From: Endomicrobiales bacterium | GTDB taxonomy: Bacteria > Elusimicrobiota > Endomicrobiia > Endomicrobiales > CAWCFT01 | NCBI GenBank assembly: GCA_963794945.1 | Contig: CAWCFT010000004.1 | Span: 224,001 to 288,000 of the forward strand | Length of the DNA: 64,000 bases | Direction: 5' to 3' | In this document: in pieces, positions 42,701-57,700 of the stretch | Layout: the number at the start of each line of letters is the position of its first letter | Numbering within the stretch: position 1 is the first letter of the stretch | Program-made: the position numbers and the translations under genes | The notes under the pieces: generated by a model | What the model saw: the letters and a program-made list of their open reading frames with translations, nothing else | Told to the model about the DNA's origin: nothing | Databases searched by the model: none

Positions 42701-45700
42701 CGAATACACAAGAGCTGTGTCAAACGCTGTCACAGTCCATGTTGATGACGCAACCTGCGGATTAACTATCTGTATGGCGGTTCCCTGGTTGTTAAGTGTC
42801 TTCGCCAAAATACCGTTGGTAGCAGCGCTGTCCCATGAATTAACGCCAAAGGACGGCATGTCTATGTTCGTTATCCTGTTATAATAAATATCGGTAAGGT
42901 TGACCGTTATCTGCATCCCGCTGGGGTCGCCCGCCACTTTCACCAGGGGCGTACCGCTCTTTCCTCCGGTGCCATTGTAAGGAGGCAGGCCCGGCACCGC
43001 CGTTTCACCCGGCACAAGCACCTGTAACTGCGAGGGCGTAGAAGGAGCTAGCGTGAACTGGGCGGATGTATCCCCTAAATAAGTGTGTCCCGGGTTTGTT
43101 GCAGTGACTATATGTGAGGTTGCCGCCGTTATCAGCGTGAGAGTGAAGGTATTTCTGCCGCTAACCAGGCTTGACATTGCAGGCATAGTGCCGTACTGGT
43201 CATCTGAAGTAATGTTAACGTTGGGCTGGACCGCCACTGAATTTACGTTATAGAACTGGTCAACAAGGTTCACTGTGGCGATGAACTTCGTGCCGGCAAT
43301 CTCTTGCGATATAGCGCCTGTCTTACCAGTAGGCGACCCGGCTACGGCTGTAGTGCCCGGAAGCAGCAGCTGCAGCCTTACCGCGAAGCCGCGTTAACCG
43401 TGAATGTCGAAGAATTATTAGCCCAGTAGAGAGGTGCGATATTATCAACATCTTGTATCTTTATATATTGTGTAGTGGCAAGCATCAACGAGTTAGCCCC
43501 AAAAGTGAATATCCTTGTTCCCGAACCTGTATCAACAGGCGCTGACGCGGGAGCTACACCGTAAGTGTCAAGCGGGGCATTGACTTGCATGACTACCGAC
43601 GTGTTCGGCGCCCTGTTCCAGTACGCGTCGCAGATAGCGCCTGTCACGCTAAAAGCAGTGCCCGCGGTCTGGGCGACAGGTGTTCCCGTTTTGCCGCTAG
43701 CTGTACCTCCACGGAAATCTTCACCCTGAAGAATAACGAGCAGTTTTTGCGCTGTTCCTGGCAGAACCGTCACGCCTCCTGAAACACCGGATAGAAGCAG
43801 ATTGCTAGTATCAGCGGCGTTTACCGTGTAGGTAACTGTACCTGTAGAAGCAGTTACCATTGTTACCGGCACAGTAGTAGACGTCACCATGAGCCCGGTC
43901 CATTCGGGGTTCGGTATAGCGTTAGGGTTTGTTGTCCAGAACGTTGATTATTGGTGATGTAGATGTAAGATTCCAATAGTCGTCGCAAACGTTGATAGTT
44001 GAAGTAAAGGATGTACCGGCGTAAACGCTACCGGGGCTGCCGGTCTTCCCAAAACCAGGGAGCGCGGTTTCGCCCGGCACAAGCACTTGCAGTTTTTTCG
44101 CAACGCCGGGGATCACGTTTATTACTGATGAGTTATAAGGCCCGCCTAAATTCTCCGGAAGGTTCAGCCCCGCATCAGCCCCGGAAACCGTCGTGGGCTG
44201 CGCTGTATGGAGCTGACATGTTGCGGTGGCAACACCGCCTGTCATAAGTATATTCCCGGGGTCCAAATCGTAAGGGTCGGAGGTGACAAAGCTTATTGTG
44301 TCGTTGACGCTCGGTGTCAGGTTGAAAACCCTGTCAACCGCGTACGCGGTAACAACAAAACTCTGGCCAACCTGCTGCGTAACCGGCGTGCCGCCCCTGC
44401 CGACAGGAACGATATTTCTGCCGTTGACCTGTGTTTCACCCGGGACAATAACTATCAACTGAGTCGGAGCGTTCGGGTTGACGCACACAGGCGATGAAAC
44501 ACCGGTTACATAACCGCCGCCGGATGCGGTTATGGTTTGTGTTGCGGCAGTAACGAGGTCAGCCGCGTATGCGCCCGAGAAAACTACTGTTCCGCTGACG
44601 AGCGTCCTTGCGGTAGGCGTTGACCAGTAAAGGTCTGTCGAACCAAGTGTCACCGACGGCATTGCTGTGGTGACAATTACCCTGTTCCAGTAATTATCAG
44701 TGAGGTTCACAGTGACATTGAACGCATCGTCTGCTATCTGCTGGAGCACTGACCCTGTCTTCCCGTTGGCATAACCCGGCACGGCTGTTTCACCCGGAAG
44801 AATTACCTGAAGTTTCGTAGGAATATTGTAGTTTACATAAACCGGAGATGACACGCATGTAGTAAGAATGCCGGCCGTGTCAACCGCGGAAATGGTCCAA
44901 GTTGAATTTGTGATCATGTCAACTACAAATGCACACACACCTCCAACGAGAGGTGCTGTCGCGGGCTCAACGTCATATGGGTCCTGGGTATAGATATGCA
45001 CCTGCGATACGTTAGCAGATACGGTGTTCCAATAAGGGTCTACGGCCCGGGCTGTCACGTTGAACGGAACTCCGGCGGTTTGCACTGACGCTGTGGAATT
45101 CTTTCCTCCTCCGCCGCTGGAAGTATAAGGCGGCCTGCCGGGGTCATAATTCTCTCCTGGCAGCAGCACCTGCAATTTTACCGCGTCAGAAGAAACTACC
45201 GTGAACTGCGTGCTTGTGTACTGTGTCATCGGGTGGCCCAGGTACGGGTTAGTGACCGGGTTTTGCAGCCCTGTCGCCGTTATTGTTTGCGTAGTCGCGG
45301 TAAATAGTGTGTTCGTGAAAATACTAGTACCAGTGGCATCCAGGGTTGCGGTCTGGCTTCCGCCCGTGGCGACATCATCGTAATTATCTGAAGTGACCAG
45401 CTGTACGAGTGAAGTTTCTCCGGGCACCCTGTTCCATAACGCGTCACAGCCATAAACCGTTGTCTGGAATGGTAATCCCGCGATACGGTTCGTTGGAGAA
45501 CCACTCTTGCCCGTGGCGCTTCCGGGGTTATATGTTTCACCCGGGACAAGCGTGATGAGTTTGATAGCGCTCCCGGCATTCACCCAAACGTAAGAAGAAT
45601 AGGCGATCGGCAAACCGGTAGACTGGCCGGTCAATTGCCTGTAGCCGTTAGCCGTGTTGAAATACCACGGTATGGTGATCGATGTTCCGGAAACACCATA

Positions 45701-48700
45701 GGATGTGTTGTTATTAACATCATTCGGATCGGATATATCCGTCATCGTGACTATCAGCGTTGAACTTGTAAGGTTCCACCAGCTGTCCACGAGGTTTACA
45801 GTGACATTAAAGCTCACGCCCGCGGTTTGCGCCGTGACGGTGCCGGTCTTGCCGAACGGCTGGACGTTGAATTTACCGGGAACACCTGTCTCACCGGGCA
45901 GCAGTATCTGCATGCGCGCGAGGTTGCCGGACTTGACGTTTATATTGCCCGTGTAATCATAGTTGTAGCTGGTTGCCGTAGCGGATGCCGAGCACACTCC
46001 CAAAGTCACAAGGTCCAGGGCAAAAGTTGTCGTGCCGTTAATGAGAGACGCCGGCGCCGGCTGCGATGCATATGGGTCAATGGTAGTGACAGTAACGTTC
46101 GGCGTAGCAGTCGTAGGGTTATAATAGAAATCGCACGCGTCAACAGTCACATTGAACGGCACGCCTGCTGTTTGGCCGGAAGGTGTTGCCACGGTCCTTC
46201 CGCGGCTCGTATGGTTGCCGGGCTGTGCAACCTCTCCAGGGGCAAGTATCAGGAGCTGATTGGGCGCACCAGGCTGAACATAAACTATAGATGACGTGCT
46301 TGGCGCGACCCCTGAATACGAGGCTATTATTGTCTGTGAAGAATATGTCACGAGCTGCATATAGAATGTTGTCTCGCCGCCGGCAAGAGGCTTGTTAGTG
46401 ACTGCCGGGCCGTAGAGATCGGTATCTGATATGCTCACAAGGCCCGACATATCGTTCCTGAGGTTGTAATACTGGTCAGTGCCCATAACCGTGATATAGA
46501 ACGGTGTGCCGGCAACCTGGTTTTGAGGAGTACCTGATTTGCCTCCGGTCCCGTCATAGGGAGGTTTACCTGGGACAAAACTCTGTCCGGGCACTATCAA
46601 GTGCACCTGGTAAGGCGCCGCGGCCGTGACTGTGAACGTTGAAGAAACGTTCGACGCGTACAAAGGCGACGCATCAGCGTCAATCGCGGTGAGCAGGTGG
46701 CTGGTGTTGGCTGTAAACTGGGTCATCTGGAAAACACCGGTACCTGCCGTGAGAGACGCAGTTGCCGGTTCTATATCGTAGGTATCGTTCGAGCGCAAGC
46801 TGACCAGCGGGTTCGCGTTCGGGTTAACGTTCCAGAACGGGTCTGTGCAGTTGACCGTCACGGGGAACTGCACGCCGGCTGTCTGCGTATTAGGAATTCC
46901 AGTCCTTCCGTAGATAGTGTTAGATACGGGTGTTTGGTTCGGAAGCAGCACCAGAGCCGCGTGGCGTTCGCGGGGTTAACGTGAATATTGTCGGAATTCG
47001 TTTGCCCGTAATACGGCAGAGTCGCGTCGTCGTGTTTCGCGGTAAGCGTTATGTTGCTGTTGCCTGTCATAAGCGTTATGTTATAAACGGTTGAACCGTT
47101 TATAAGCGTCTGATTGAGCGGATCCCAGCCGATCCCCGTTTGTGAGCCTGATTTATCGTTTGGATCGGTCGATGTCAGTTTGACCAGCACGCTGACAGCT
47201 GGCATGATATTGTTAAAACTATCGACACAGTCAACTGTTACGTTGAAAGGAACGCCGGCAGTCTGTGTAGATGTAACAAGAGTATTTTTACCGCTCGGCG
47301 AGCCGGGAACGTGCAATTCTCCGGGCACGATCACAAGCAGACCTGATCCAGTAATCTGCGGCCTTACAGTGGCGGTGTCAGAACAGGCAATAAATGTAGG
47401 CGACACGTTATCCTGAGCAGCTGTGATAGTATTGAAATTTGCACCTGTATCCTGATAAAGCGTGGCGCTGTGAGGAGTAATAATGAATGTCGTTGAACCG
47501 CTTATGAGGTTTGCGGACACAGGAACAGGCTCATAAATGTCCGTAGAAGTGACCTTTGTCAGGAGGTGTTTTTGTTGGGCTTATATTCCAGTATTTGTCG
47601 CAGGCATTAACAGTCACAACAGAACCCGCTCCGGCAACCATGGTTGATGGGCGAACCTGTCCTGCCGCCAACACCGGGGGTCGCGTAAGGAGGCCTGCCG
47701 GGCTGTGCTGTTTCACCTGGCATAAGAAGTTGCAGGTAGAAAGCATTAGCGTTGTCCGGGCCCACGCTTACGTTTTCAGTGCCGGCAGCAAGATAGTTGT
47801 TGCCGGGAGTAGTGTCCGTTGCAGTTATAGTGGTAGTCCTGCTTGAAGAGTTAAGCGGGCCCGCGTTGCCTGTTATAAGGGTTGAAATGAATACAGCGTA
47901 TCCGCCAACAAGCGCCTGCGGCGCGGCTCGTTATCGTAAGGATCATTAGAAGTAATGGTTACTGGTTTGCGTTGAGTTTGCCTGGTTCCATTTAGAGTCT
48001 GTCGCGTAGACCGAACACATTGAATCCTGTTCCCGCGATCTGCGCGTTAGGCGTGCCTGTTTTCCCCGTGGGCGAGCCCGGCACAAGGCTTTCGCCCGGC
48101 AGGAGAACCAGCAGGTTGCTGGCCGCGGCTGGAACAACTTTGACGTAAGTTGACACATATCGCGGCGAAGTTATCTCCGGTCGCGGTTGAAGCGGTGATC
48201 TGCCAACCCGTAGTAGTTGCGGTGTAAAGGCTTGTGAATATTTGCGCCACTCCTCCGCTTGTTGCTGCATTTGCGGGCGGGGCGTAGAACGGATCTGTGG
48301 CAGAAAGTTTAACTGTGGTGTTTACTGCATTTGTGCAGTTGAAATACTGGTCGACTACCCTTACCGTTACCTGATTAAGGGTGTTAGCGGTCCACGTGCC
48401 GGGCGTACCGGACTTGCCTGTCGAAGAGCCGTCAACAGCGGTCTCTCCCGGAACAAGGAGTTGAAGTTTTGTCGCCGCCCCGTAATTCGATGTAATTGGA
48501 AGGCTCGTATAAGATGAAAGTGTTCTCACCGCTCAGCGGTTGATGCAGTAACCTTATACGACTCGCCAACTCCGCGATGGAATGTCACATTGAAGGTCTG
48601 CACGCCGTTAGTTGTAGACGCGTTCGGAGGATTCGGTGCGTATGGGTCTTGAGTTGTGATGGATATAAGAGCTGTGGAAGAAGCGACCACGTTCCACTTG

Positions 48701-51700
48701 TTATCCGTTATCATGACCGTAACCGTAAAAGGCGTGCCCGCGGTCTGGTTTATCACCGAACCTGTTTTTCCTGAAGCTGAACCCGGCAGGTATGTTTCAT
48801 TCGGAACAAGGCACAGCAGTTGTGAAGCTGGCGAAGAATTGATCTTTATCTGGCGGAGTTGTATAGCTTACATATGAGCCGCCCGCAGCTTTAAGCGTCC
48901 AGCCCGTTGGTTAGAGGTCACAAGCGTTACGCTATCGTCTTTTTGCCGTTAATAAGCGGCTGGTTTGGTATGGGCGGTGTGGCGTTCGGGTCGTTAGTCG
49001 TAAGGTAACCGGCGTGTTATCGTTCACAACGTTCCACCAGTTGTCTACGCCGCGCACTTCAGCGTTAAAGTTTATGCCGGCGGTCTCAACTGTAGGCGTG
49101 GACACATCCAGTTTACCTGCAAGCCCAAAAGTCTTTCCCGGAGCCGCAGTTTCGCCCGGCACAATCACCTCAAGCCTTACTGGGCTGTTGGGAGCAACTG
49201 TTATGTTAGGGCTGGTGTTATATTGCGTATTGTTGCTGACGTTTGTGGCGGTTATCGTCCAGGAAGACGGGTTGAGCGAATCGCTGCCGCTTGTCACAAG
49301 AGCCAGCCTGAAAGTAGTGGTGCCCAATGTAAGGGCAGCAGAAGACGGCAGTACGAAATACGGGTCCGTTCCTGTAATTGCCGCCGAAGTACCGTTTTGA
49401 GGCACTACGTTCCAGTAATTATCTACAAGGTTGACTGTCACGGTAAACGGCACGCCGGCGATGCATTGTGAAGGCGTATTAAGCTTTCCATATGGCATCG
49501 GGTTCTGCCCATTATTCCATTTGCCCGGAGCGGGAGTTTCACCCGGCACTATTATCTGCATGTTGGCCGCGCTGTTTGGAATTACTGTAAGGCCCGGGCT
49601 TGAGACATTGGCAGTAAGGTAAGGGGCCTGAGTGACCACGGCCGTGAGCGTCTCGCCCGAACCGGCAGTGACAAGCATGACCGTAAACGTAGTTGTGCCA
49701 GACTGAAGAGCGGTCGTTGAAGGTTGTATGGCCCAGTTATCCGAAGCGCCTACCGCTACAAGCGAACTGTTGCTTGCAACCGGGTTCCAGTTGGAGTCCA
49801 CGGAATTAACTGTTACAGTAAACGGAACACCTGCTGTCTGGGTCTACAGCGTGCCCGTCTTTCCTGAAGGCGAACCCGGCAACGCCGTCTGGTTCGGAAG
49901 AAGGATCTGCAGTTTCACAGCGTTGTTCGACACGACACTGAATGGATCTGAAATGTTAGGGGACATTATGGGCGGAGTCTGATCCGTGGCGGTTACAGTG
50001 TTTCCGCTGACCAGCCGTGACAAAAGTAACCATGAAATTCGTAACACCGGACACCAGCGCCCTCGATGACACTTGCACGCGCGCATATATATCTGAAGTC
50101 GTAACGCTAACGTTGAAACATTCGCGGGCTGGAAATTGAAATAATTGTCGCAGGATTGCACAGTAACCTGGAAAGCGGTGCCTGCGGTCTGGTAGAAGGA
50201 GTTCCCGACCTTCCTGTCGATGTTCCCCAGTTATCGTCTGGTTGGGAAGCAGCACCAAAAGCTTGGCCGCTGTGTTCGGGCTTACAATAATGTTTGGTGT
50301 AGTGTAGTCCTGATAACCGAGCCATGACGGCGCTGAAGCGCTAATAGTCCATCCGGTATCGTTCCTTGTGATGAAGGTGTGCTGGAACGACGTTGTTCCG
50401 CCTGTAAGCATCTTAAGCGATGACGGCGCCGCGTCGTTCGGATCGTTCGTTGTAACATCCGCGGTGCAGCCCTCGGCTAGCACCCTGTTCCAATAATAGT
50501 CGCAGCCGTTCACCGTAACATTGAAAGCCAGTGCCCGCGGTTTGTGAAACAGGCGAGTTATCCATTCCCCCCAAATTGTTTATATAAGGGGGCTTGCCGG
50601 GCCTTGCTATTTCGGATGAAACAAGCACCTGCATGCGGCTTGTCGCTGCAGGCATTACGCTTATGTTCGCGGAAGTATATGCCGACATAGCCGTAGAGGC
50701 GGTAGCGGTAATTGTCCAATAAGTGTTCCAGTTCGCGGAATCGTTTGCCGAAACAAAAGTTATATAGAAAACAGTCGTTCCGTTAACAAGCGGCTGCTGC
50801 CCGAGCGCAGTCGCGTAAGGGTCTGTAGTTGTGCAGCCAATGGTGGGAACATACGTTGAAGTCATGTTCCAGTAATTATCTACTCCTATAACCGAAACTC
50901 CGAAAGCTGTTCCCGCGGTCTCGCTCAATGCTGAACCGGTTTTCCCAAAAGGAGCGGCATTCTTTCCGTTAACCTGGGTTTCCCCAGGCACCACCACTAG
51001 AAGCTTTGTAGCGGAATTTGCCGTTACGGTAACTCCAACAGATACGATGAAAGGTGCGAACCGCCGTTATCGGTCGCGGTTATAGTCTGTGTTGAAGCCG
51101 TCACAAGAGTCATGGCGATAGAGCATAAACCGCTGGTAAGAGTTTTCGCGGTCGGTGTCGAGTAATAAAGATCGGTCGAAGTCAACTGCACAAGGGCGGC
51201 AGGCGTTTATATCCGTGTTCCAGTCAACGTCGCAGCCTCTTACCGTAACATTGAACGGCACGCCGGCAGTGACGGTGTTAGGTGTTCCTGTCTTGCCTGT
51301 TGCAGAACCCTGTGAATAATTTTCGCCCGGTAGTATGGCCAGCAGCCTGGTCGCGGGCGCGGCATTGACAGTCGAGAGTACTTCGCTGTAGCCGGTGTAA
51401 GTAGGCCCTGAAATGGCGTTAACAGTTATAGTCTGCGAGCCGGCTGTCACTATAGTCCAGCTGTAAACACCTATTCCGTTTGCTAGCGCTGCCAGGCTGG
51501 GTGAAGGATTATACGGATCCGTGTCCGTTATCTGCACACCGGGATTGCCTTCCAAAGGCGATATACCGTACAGGGTATCGTTTATAACGTTCCAGTACTG
51601 GTCGCAGCCGAGGACCGTTATGTTGAAAGGCGTGCCCGCGGTCTGCGCGATCTGTGAACCGCTCTTACCGGTGGCGGTACCGGGTGCGCTGGTTTCGTTA

Positions 51701-54700
51701 GGCAGGAGCATAATCAGCTTCTGGTTGCCCGAAGGGCTGACTGGTACGTTTGCGCTCGTTGTATCAGGATATACATGTCCCAGATCATCAGCGGTCAGGG
51801 CCCAACCGATCGTCGTTGCTGTTATGAGCTTCCAGTTCAGTGTGGTCTGGCCCGTGCTGCCGATCGAGAATACGTTATTATGTCCCGGGCTGTCGTAGCC
51901 CTGAGGCCAGGTATCGTTAGCGTCGGTCGCGGTGATCTTTAGGCCGGGTACCGAGCCTCCCGATATCTGGTTAAAGTAGTTATCTACAAGGTTCACAGTA
52001 ACTATAAAATCATTGCCCGCGGTCTCGAAAACAGGGAAGCGCCGCTCTTTCCGGTGGACGAGCCGGGCACCGCGGTTTCATTAGGAACAAGCACCTGGAA
52101 TTTTGAAGCCGTGCCAGTCTGTACGGTTATGGGAGCATTCGAGTTCGTATTGAATATATAGTCGGCAAGCGACGAGTCGGTATTGTGATTGGTCATAATA
52201 AATGTGCCCTGGGCGCGCATAAGCGTCACGGTGAACGTGGAGACATTCACAAGCGTAGCGGTTGACGGGCTGAACGTGGCATAGGGATCGTTGCTGTCCT
52301 GCGTCCCAAGCCAGCAGTAAACATTTGTTGAAGAAATGTTCCAATAAGCGTCGCATGAGTAGACAGTCACAACGAACGGAACACCCGCGGTCTGGTTTGT
52401 TACCGTGCCTGATTTTCCATAGGGCGCTACATTGTATTTAGCGGGAACGTAAGTTTCACCCGGGTTCAATACCAGCAGCTTGCTCGGGTTCCTCGGGCTG
52501 ACAGGGAAGGTTACGGTTTGAGTAGACGTGTAGTTGGACCCGTCAACATCATTGACGGTTATATACTGGGTAGTCGCGTTATAAAGAGTTACGTTAAGCG
52601 TGTTCTGCCCCGCGATCAATTGCTCCTGAACAGGTGTTGATACTTGCTGGTTATTGACTCTGCCGTACTGGTCCGTAAGAGTGAGCTGTACTGTTGGCGC
52701 TGACAACAGTACTTTGTTCCAATATGCATCGGTAAGGCACACTGTGACAGTGAACGGCGAACCGGCCTGCTGCGGCGACGGTGTAACGAGTTTGCCGTTT
52801 ACCGAGCCTCCCTCGATAGTTTCGCCCGGCAGCACCAACTGAAGCTGTGTGGGTGTATTCTGCACTACGTTGATCCCCGCAACGGTTTGGCTTGACCATA
52901 CAACCGGCCCTTCGTTATCTATGGCTGTCAAATTCCAAGAACCAAGCGTTGTAAGCTTTACCGTATTGGCAAAGTTCTTGGTACCGTTGATAAGGCCTAC
53001 AGGGCCAGGTATAAAGCCCCAGCTGGCCGCGTAGGGATCAGTTGTCAGCAATGCAATTTGGCGCGAGCCGATAGTGTTTGTATTCCAGTAATTGTCGCAG
53101 GCATCGATCTCCACACTGGCAAACGCCACGCCGGCTGTCTGCTGGTTGGGCGTGCCAGAGTCTTTACCGGTAAATGTTCCAGGCGCGGCATGTTCGCCGT
53201 CAACAAGAAGGCGCAGTTGGGTGATAGTCGATGGATTTAATGTTATCCCTGGGGACGTGTCTCCCAGGTAGCCCGTGCCGCCGTCATCAATGACATTGAC
53301 CGTTCTGTTCCCGGCGGTTACCATGGTAACTGGGAAAGTCTTTGTTCCGCCTACAAGCTGCGCCTCCGGCGGCAAATAACTGAAATAGTTATTACCGGAT
53401 GTTTCATTCGGGTCCGAAGTCGTTATCTTAGCGACCGGCATAGTAACCGTCGATACTACGTTATAGAACCTGTCTACAAGGTTAACGGTCACATAATACG
53501 ATGTGCCGACCGTCATCTGGCTGGGCGTATTCAGCTTGCCCCAGGTTTGTGATGTGCCGAATAGATTTGTCTCGGGCTGGTTCGCTTTTCCGGGGCATGC
53601 AGTTTCTCCGGGAACAAGGAGCTGAAGTTTTGCCGCAGTCGTGGGCCCAACATAAATACCATCCGAGGTCGCACTCGACAGCGCTGTCCCCTGATAAACT
53701 GACGCAGACACATAAGAAGTCGCTGAAGTCACAAGAGTTATATTGAAAGTAGTTGTACCGTTTGTAAGCACCTGGGTCGACGGCACAATACTAAAATTAT
53801 CGCTTGTCACAGCCGCGATATTCCCCGCATATGTATCCACTTTATTCCAATAATAGTCGCAAGCGCTGACTGTCACGGTGAAAGGCACGCCCGCAACCTG
53901 CTGTGCAGTTACTGTAGTGTTCTTCCCGCCAACCTGGCTTGTGTAAGGCGGCTTGCCGTAAACTCCGGCCTCACCCGGCACAAGCATCAACAGGCGGTTT
54001 GCCGCAGCGCTCTGAACTGGAACATTTGCCAGTGTTGACTGGGTCAACGGACCGGCCATGTCCTGAGCCGTTAATGACCAATTCCCTCTTGTCACGAGCG
54101 TTACGGCGTATACTGTTGTACCCTGCGGAAGGCCGGACGAGTCAGTAAGGTTCTTGCTTATCTGCGCGGGTGTGGCGTATTGGTCAGTTGTAGTAAGTTT
54201 AACCGTAGTTGAGGTGGAAGGCACAACGTTCCAGTAATTATCGCAAGCGTCTACGGTAGCGTTGAACGATATTCCAGCCGTTCGAGTTTGCGGGCCGCCT
54301 GTTATGCCGCCAACCACGCCCGGCGCCCTCGAAACCCCGGGTGAGAGAACCCTTAATTCTGTGGGCGCGGTGGTATTGACGCTTACGACCTTCTGTCCGC
54401 TTACGCTGTTGTTATTTATATCGGTGACAAAGATCGTCCTTGACCCGTCCTTGACAAGTTTCAAGGTTCGAGAAGAATAATTAATATTAAATATCTTGAC
54501 TCCCTGGTCAAGGGTCGTGAACTGGTAATCATTAGGCAACCAGCCCTGTGTATCGCCGGCCGTGTACACATACTCAGGCCCGCCGGGCGATGTTATAGGC
54601 CCGTCAACACTGAACCTTATGTCTCCCTGGTAATTACGCGCCGGATCTCCGTTCTGGTCAACAGCCTCAACCTGTACGCTTACCGGATCGCCGGCATTAG

Positions 54701-57700
54701 GGTTCTGCGTATTTACAAGTGACACGAGGAAGCTCTGTGCCGGTAAGCTCACTGAAAAACTTGTCCATGGCTCAAGGGTGTCATCCTGAACGTTGCCGGC
54801 TTTATCGGTCGCACGCGCTTTAACGATATACCATCTTCCCGAATACCACTTATTTGTCATGTCCTGCGAGTCCCAGTTGGTGCCTCCTGTTGCGGTCAGC
54901 CAGTACGGAGATATGTCAGCGCTGGGCAGGACCGTCCATGTTGAACCGTTCCAGACGTAATCGTACAGCGGGACAGGTGAACCGGTCTCATATGATGTGG
55001 ATTCCAGTATTATTACGTACTGGACACCGCTAGCCTGTAAACCGGAATTGTTTACCGCGCAACCATTGTCAGCTGCCGTTCCGCCTATATACTGAATATT
55101 CTGAATATACTGGTTTGCCATCGGCGTGACAACCTGGCCGCTCACAGGCATTATCGCTTCAGTAACGCAAGCCGTAGGCTTTGTGATATCGTAAATGAAT
55201 GTTGAAGAAGATATTATCGCTTGCGGGTTATTAATGTTATCAAAACCCTGGGCCATGACTTGGTAATAATGTCCGTCGTTCAGGTTTGAATTTAGCAGGG
55301 GCTGGAAATACTGCCAGTTGACAGTTACTCCACCCGGCGCCACGGAGCTTATGGTTATCCAATATTGATTAATATTTGTTTGCCAACCAACTGACCCCAG
55401 GCCGTTATCTGTCCAGTACTTGCTGGTCCCGCCGCTCAAGTCCTGTAGCGATATATTCACGCTATTGACGCCAGAGGTTGCATCCCACGATGTTCCTGAG
55501 ATCGTTGAAAGGCTAGTGTAAGCGCCGTTGTTTTGCGGGTTCAGTATCTGAGAGACAGGACCGATATTATCAAAAGTGAAGGTCGCCCCTCTCACTGAAT
55601 ACCAGTTTTCTATATTTCCCGCTGCATCCCAGGCCCTTGAAGTGATGAAATATGATGTGCCGCTCTGAAGTGAATTACTTCCGAGCCCGTTGTAAGTCCA
55701 GTTTGAAAGCCCCGTCGGGGTAAGCGGCGATATGGTGCCCTGGTCGAAAGCTGTCGAACTCCACCATTTGCCTGTTTGGAGGTTCATTATCGCTATCTGC
55801 ATAATAGTCAAACCGCTTGGCCCGGACTGGCCAACAGTTATCGGCAGGTCTAACGACGTACCGGATATGTTCGTCAGTGAAGAGATATACTGGCCGTTTT
55901 GCGGCAGGAAAACATAGCTTTGCGGCGGCGTTGTATCGTAACGGAAAATGGACGTTGAATTTACCGTTGAATAATTGCCCGCGGCATCCTGAACGCGGGA
56001 ATCGACTTCGTATTTATAGCCTGAAGTCCAAACAGTGAACGTCGCCTGCCAGACTGACCAAGTAGAAGATGCGTTCATGGCAGGATAACTGAACCATGCC
56101 GTATTCGCGGTTAATGGGCTGGGGCTGAAATCATCCCAGTTATTTATGCTGCTCTTCCAGTACCGTGAAGCTACGCCGTCCCATACCCTTATTTGAACTT
56201 GTGATAGCGGGTAAGATTCGTTCGCCGTGCCCGAAATAATAGGAAGGCTTACGGCATTGTAGAATTGATTCGGCGGATCTATCAATGATGGAGCCGGCAG
56301 CACGTTGGCTATCGTAGGAACTATCTGGTCGCAGCGCCATATTGACCCGGCGGCGAAGTTCTGTATAAAGCGGCTCTTCAGGGTTGCCGGCCGCATCATA
56401 TGACTTGCACTGTATCTGATACTGCTCGGTGCTGTACCAGGCAGGCAGGCCGGTCGTTTTGGTCCAGAGCTTTAACCCACCGCCCAGGTCTGAAATATTG
56501 TCCACGGGGAGTTCGCTTTGCACTGAAGGGATGCTATCCCACCCGGTCGTGACCCCGTTGTAATACTTGCCTGCCCTTCCGGTACTTCCGTTATCTTGCA
56601 CGCACTTTATGAGCACCTTGACATTTGCTATACCGCTCCTGTTGGCTCCGCCGGTCGGCATATCGTTGGCCGTACCTGAGATAATAGTTATATTCTGATA
56701 GAAACCGCTGTTTACAGGGTACTCAACATAGGACACAGGAGGCGTTATATCGTACAGGAAACTCGCGTTCTGTGTTCTGAGGAGGCCCAGACATCTCAAC
56801 GTTGCCGGCAGTATCTTTGGCCTGCGACCAGAGATAGTATTGATGGGCATCTGCCCAGTTGGGTGTTGAAACGAATGTCCAGTACGCGGTTGCCGAGCGT
56901 GCTCTTGGGCCATGAGACAGGCACAGTATTCTGCCATGAGGTACCGTTCCAGTAAGTGGTACCCTGGGTCACATCCTGTATCAGCACGCCTACGTTCGAT
57001 ATTCCAAAATTATCTACAGCAGTACCCGAAATTGTGGAAAGAGCATTCATTGCCGCGGATATGCCTACTATATTCGATGTCGGGTTTGTGATAGTGTAAA
57101 CAAAGCTTGTTGAGCTGTAGTTTGTTTGATAGTTGCCGATCAATGACGCGTTGTTATAAGCGTTATCATACGCGCACGAGAATATCGTATATGTAGTCTG
57201 GGTCGCAAGCGCGTTCACAAGGCCCGCGTTAGTATAATTCCAGTATGTATTCGCCGGTGTAAGCTGGTAGCTTACAGTTATAAAATTAGGGGTTGATTGG
57301 CTCTGTGTAAATCCGGCGCCGTTCCACCATAGACCTGAAGTGTTGTTCTGTATCGCTATTTGGGTCATTTGTATGCCGGAAGCATTGCCGGAAACCAGAG
57401 GGTCAACTGATGTTCCGGAAATGACGGGGACGGTATTGGTTATCAATCCGTTAGGCGGATAAGCCACCGTGCTTGTCGGGCTAGATTTATCGCAAACAAA
57501 AGTTACCGAGTTCACGCCTACCGTGTACGTATTTTCAACCATGGCCGGATATGATTTATCAGTGGCCTGAGAAAGCATCAGGTATCTATGGCCGTCTGTA
57601 AAGTTAGTGTTGACAAAAGAATACGCCCACGAGGTTGAACCCGTCGCGACCTGCCACATCGACGCTGGAGGAGCGGTGAACGCGCCGGCGCCGTTCCACC

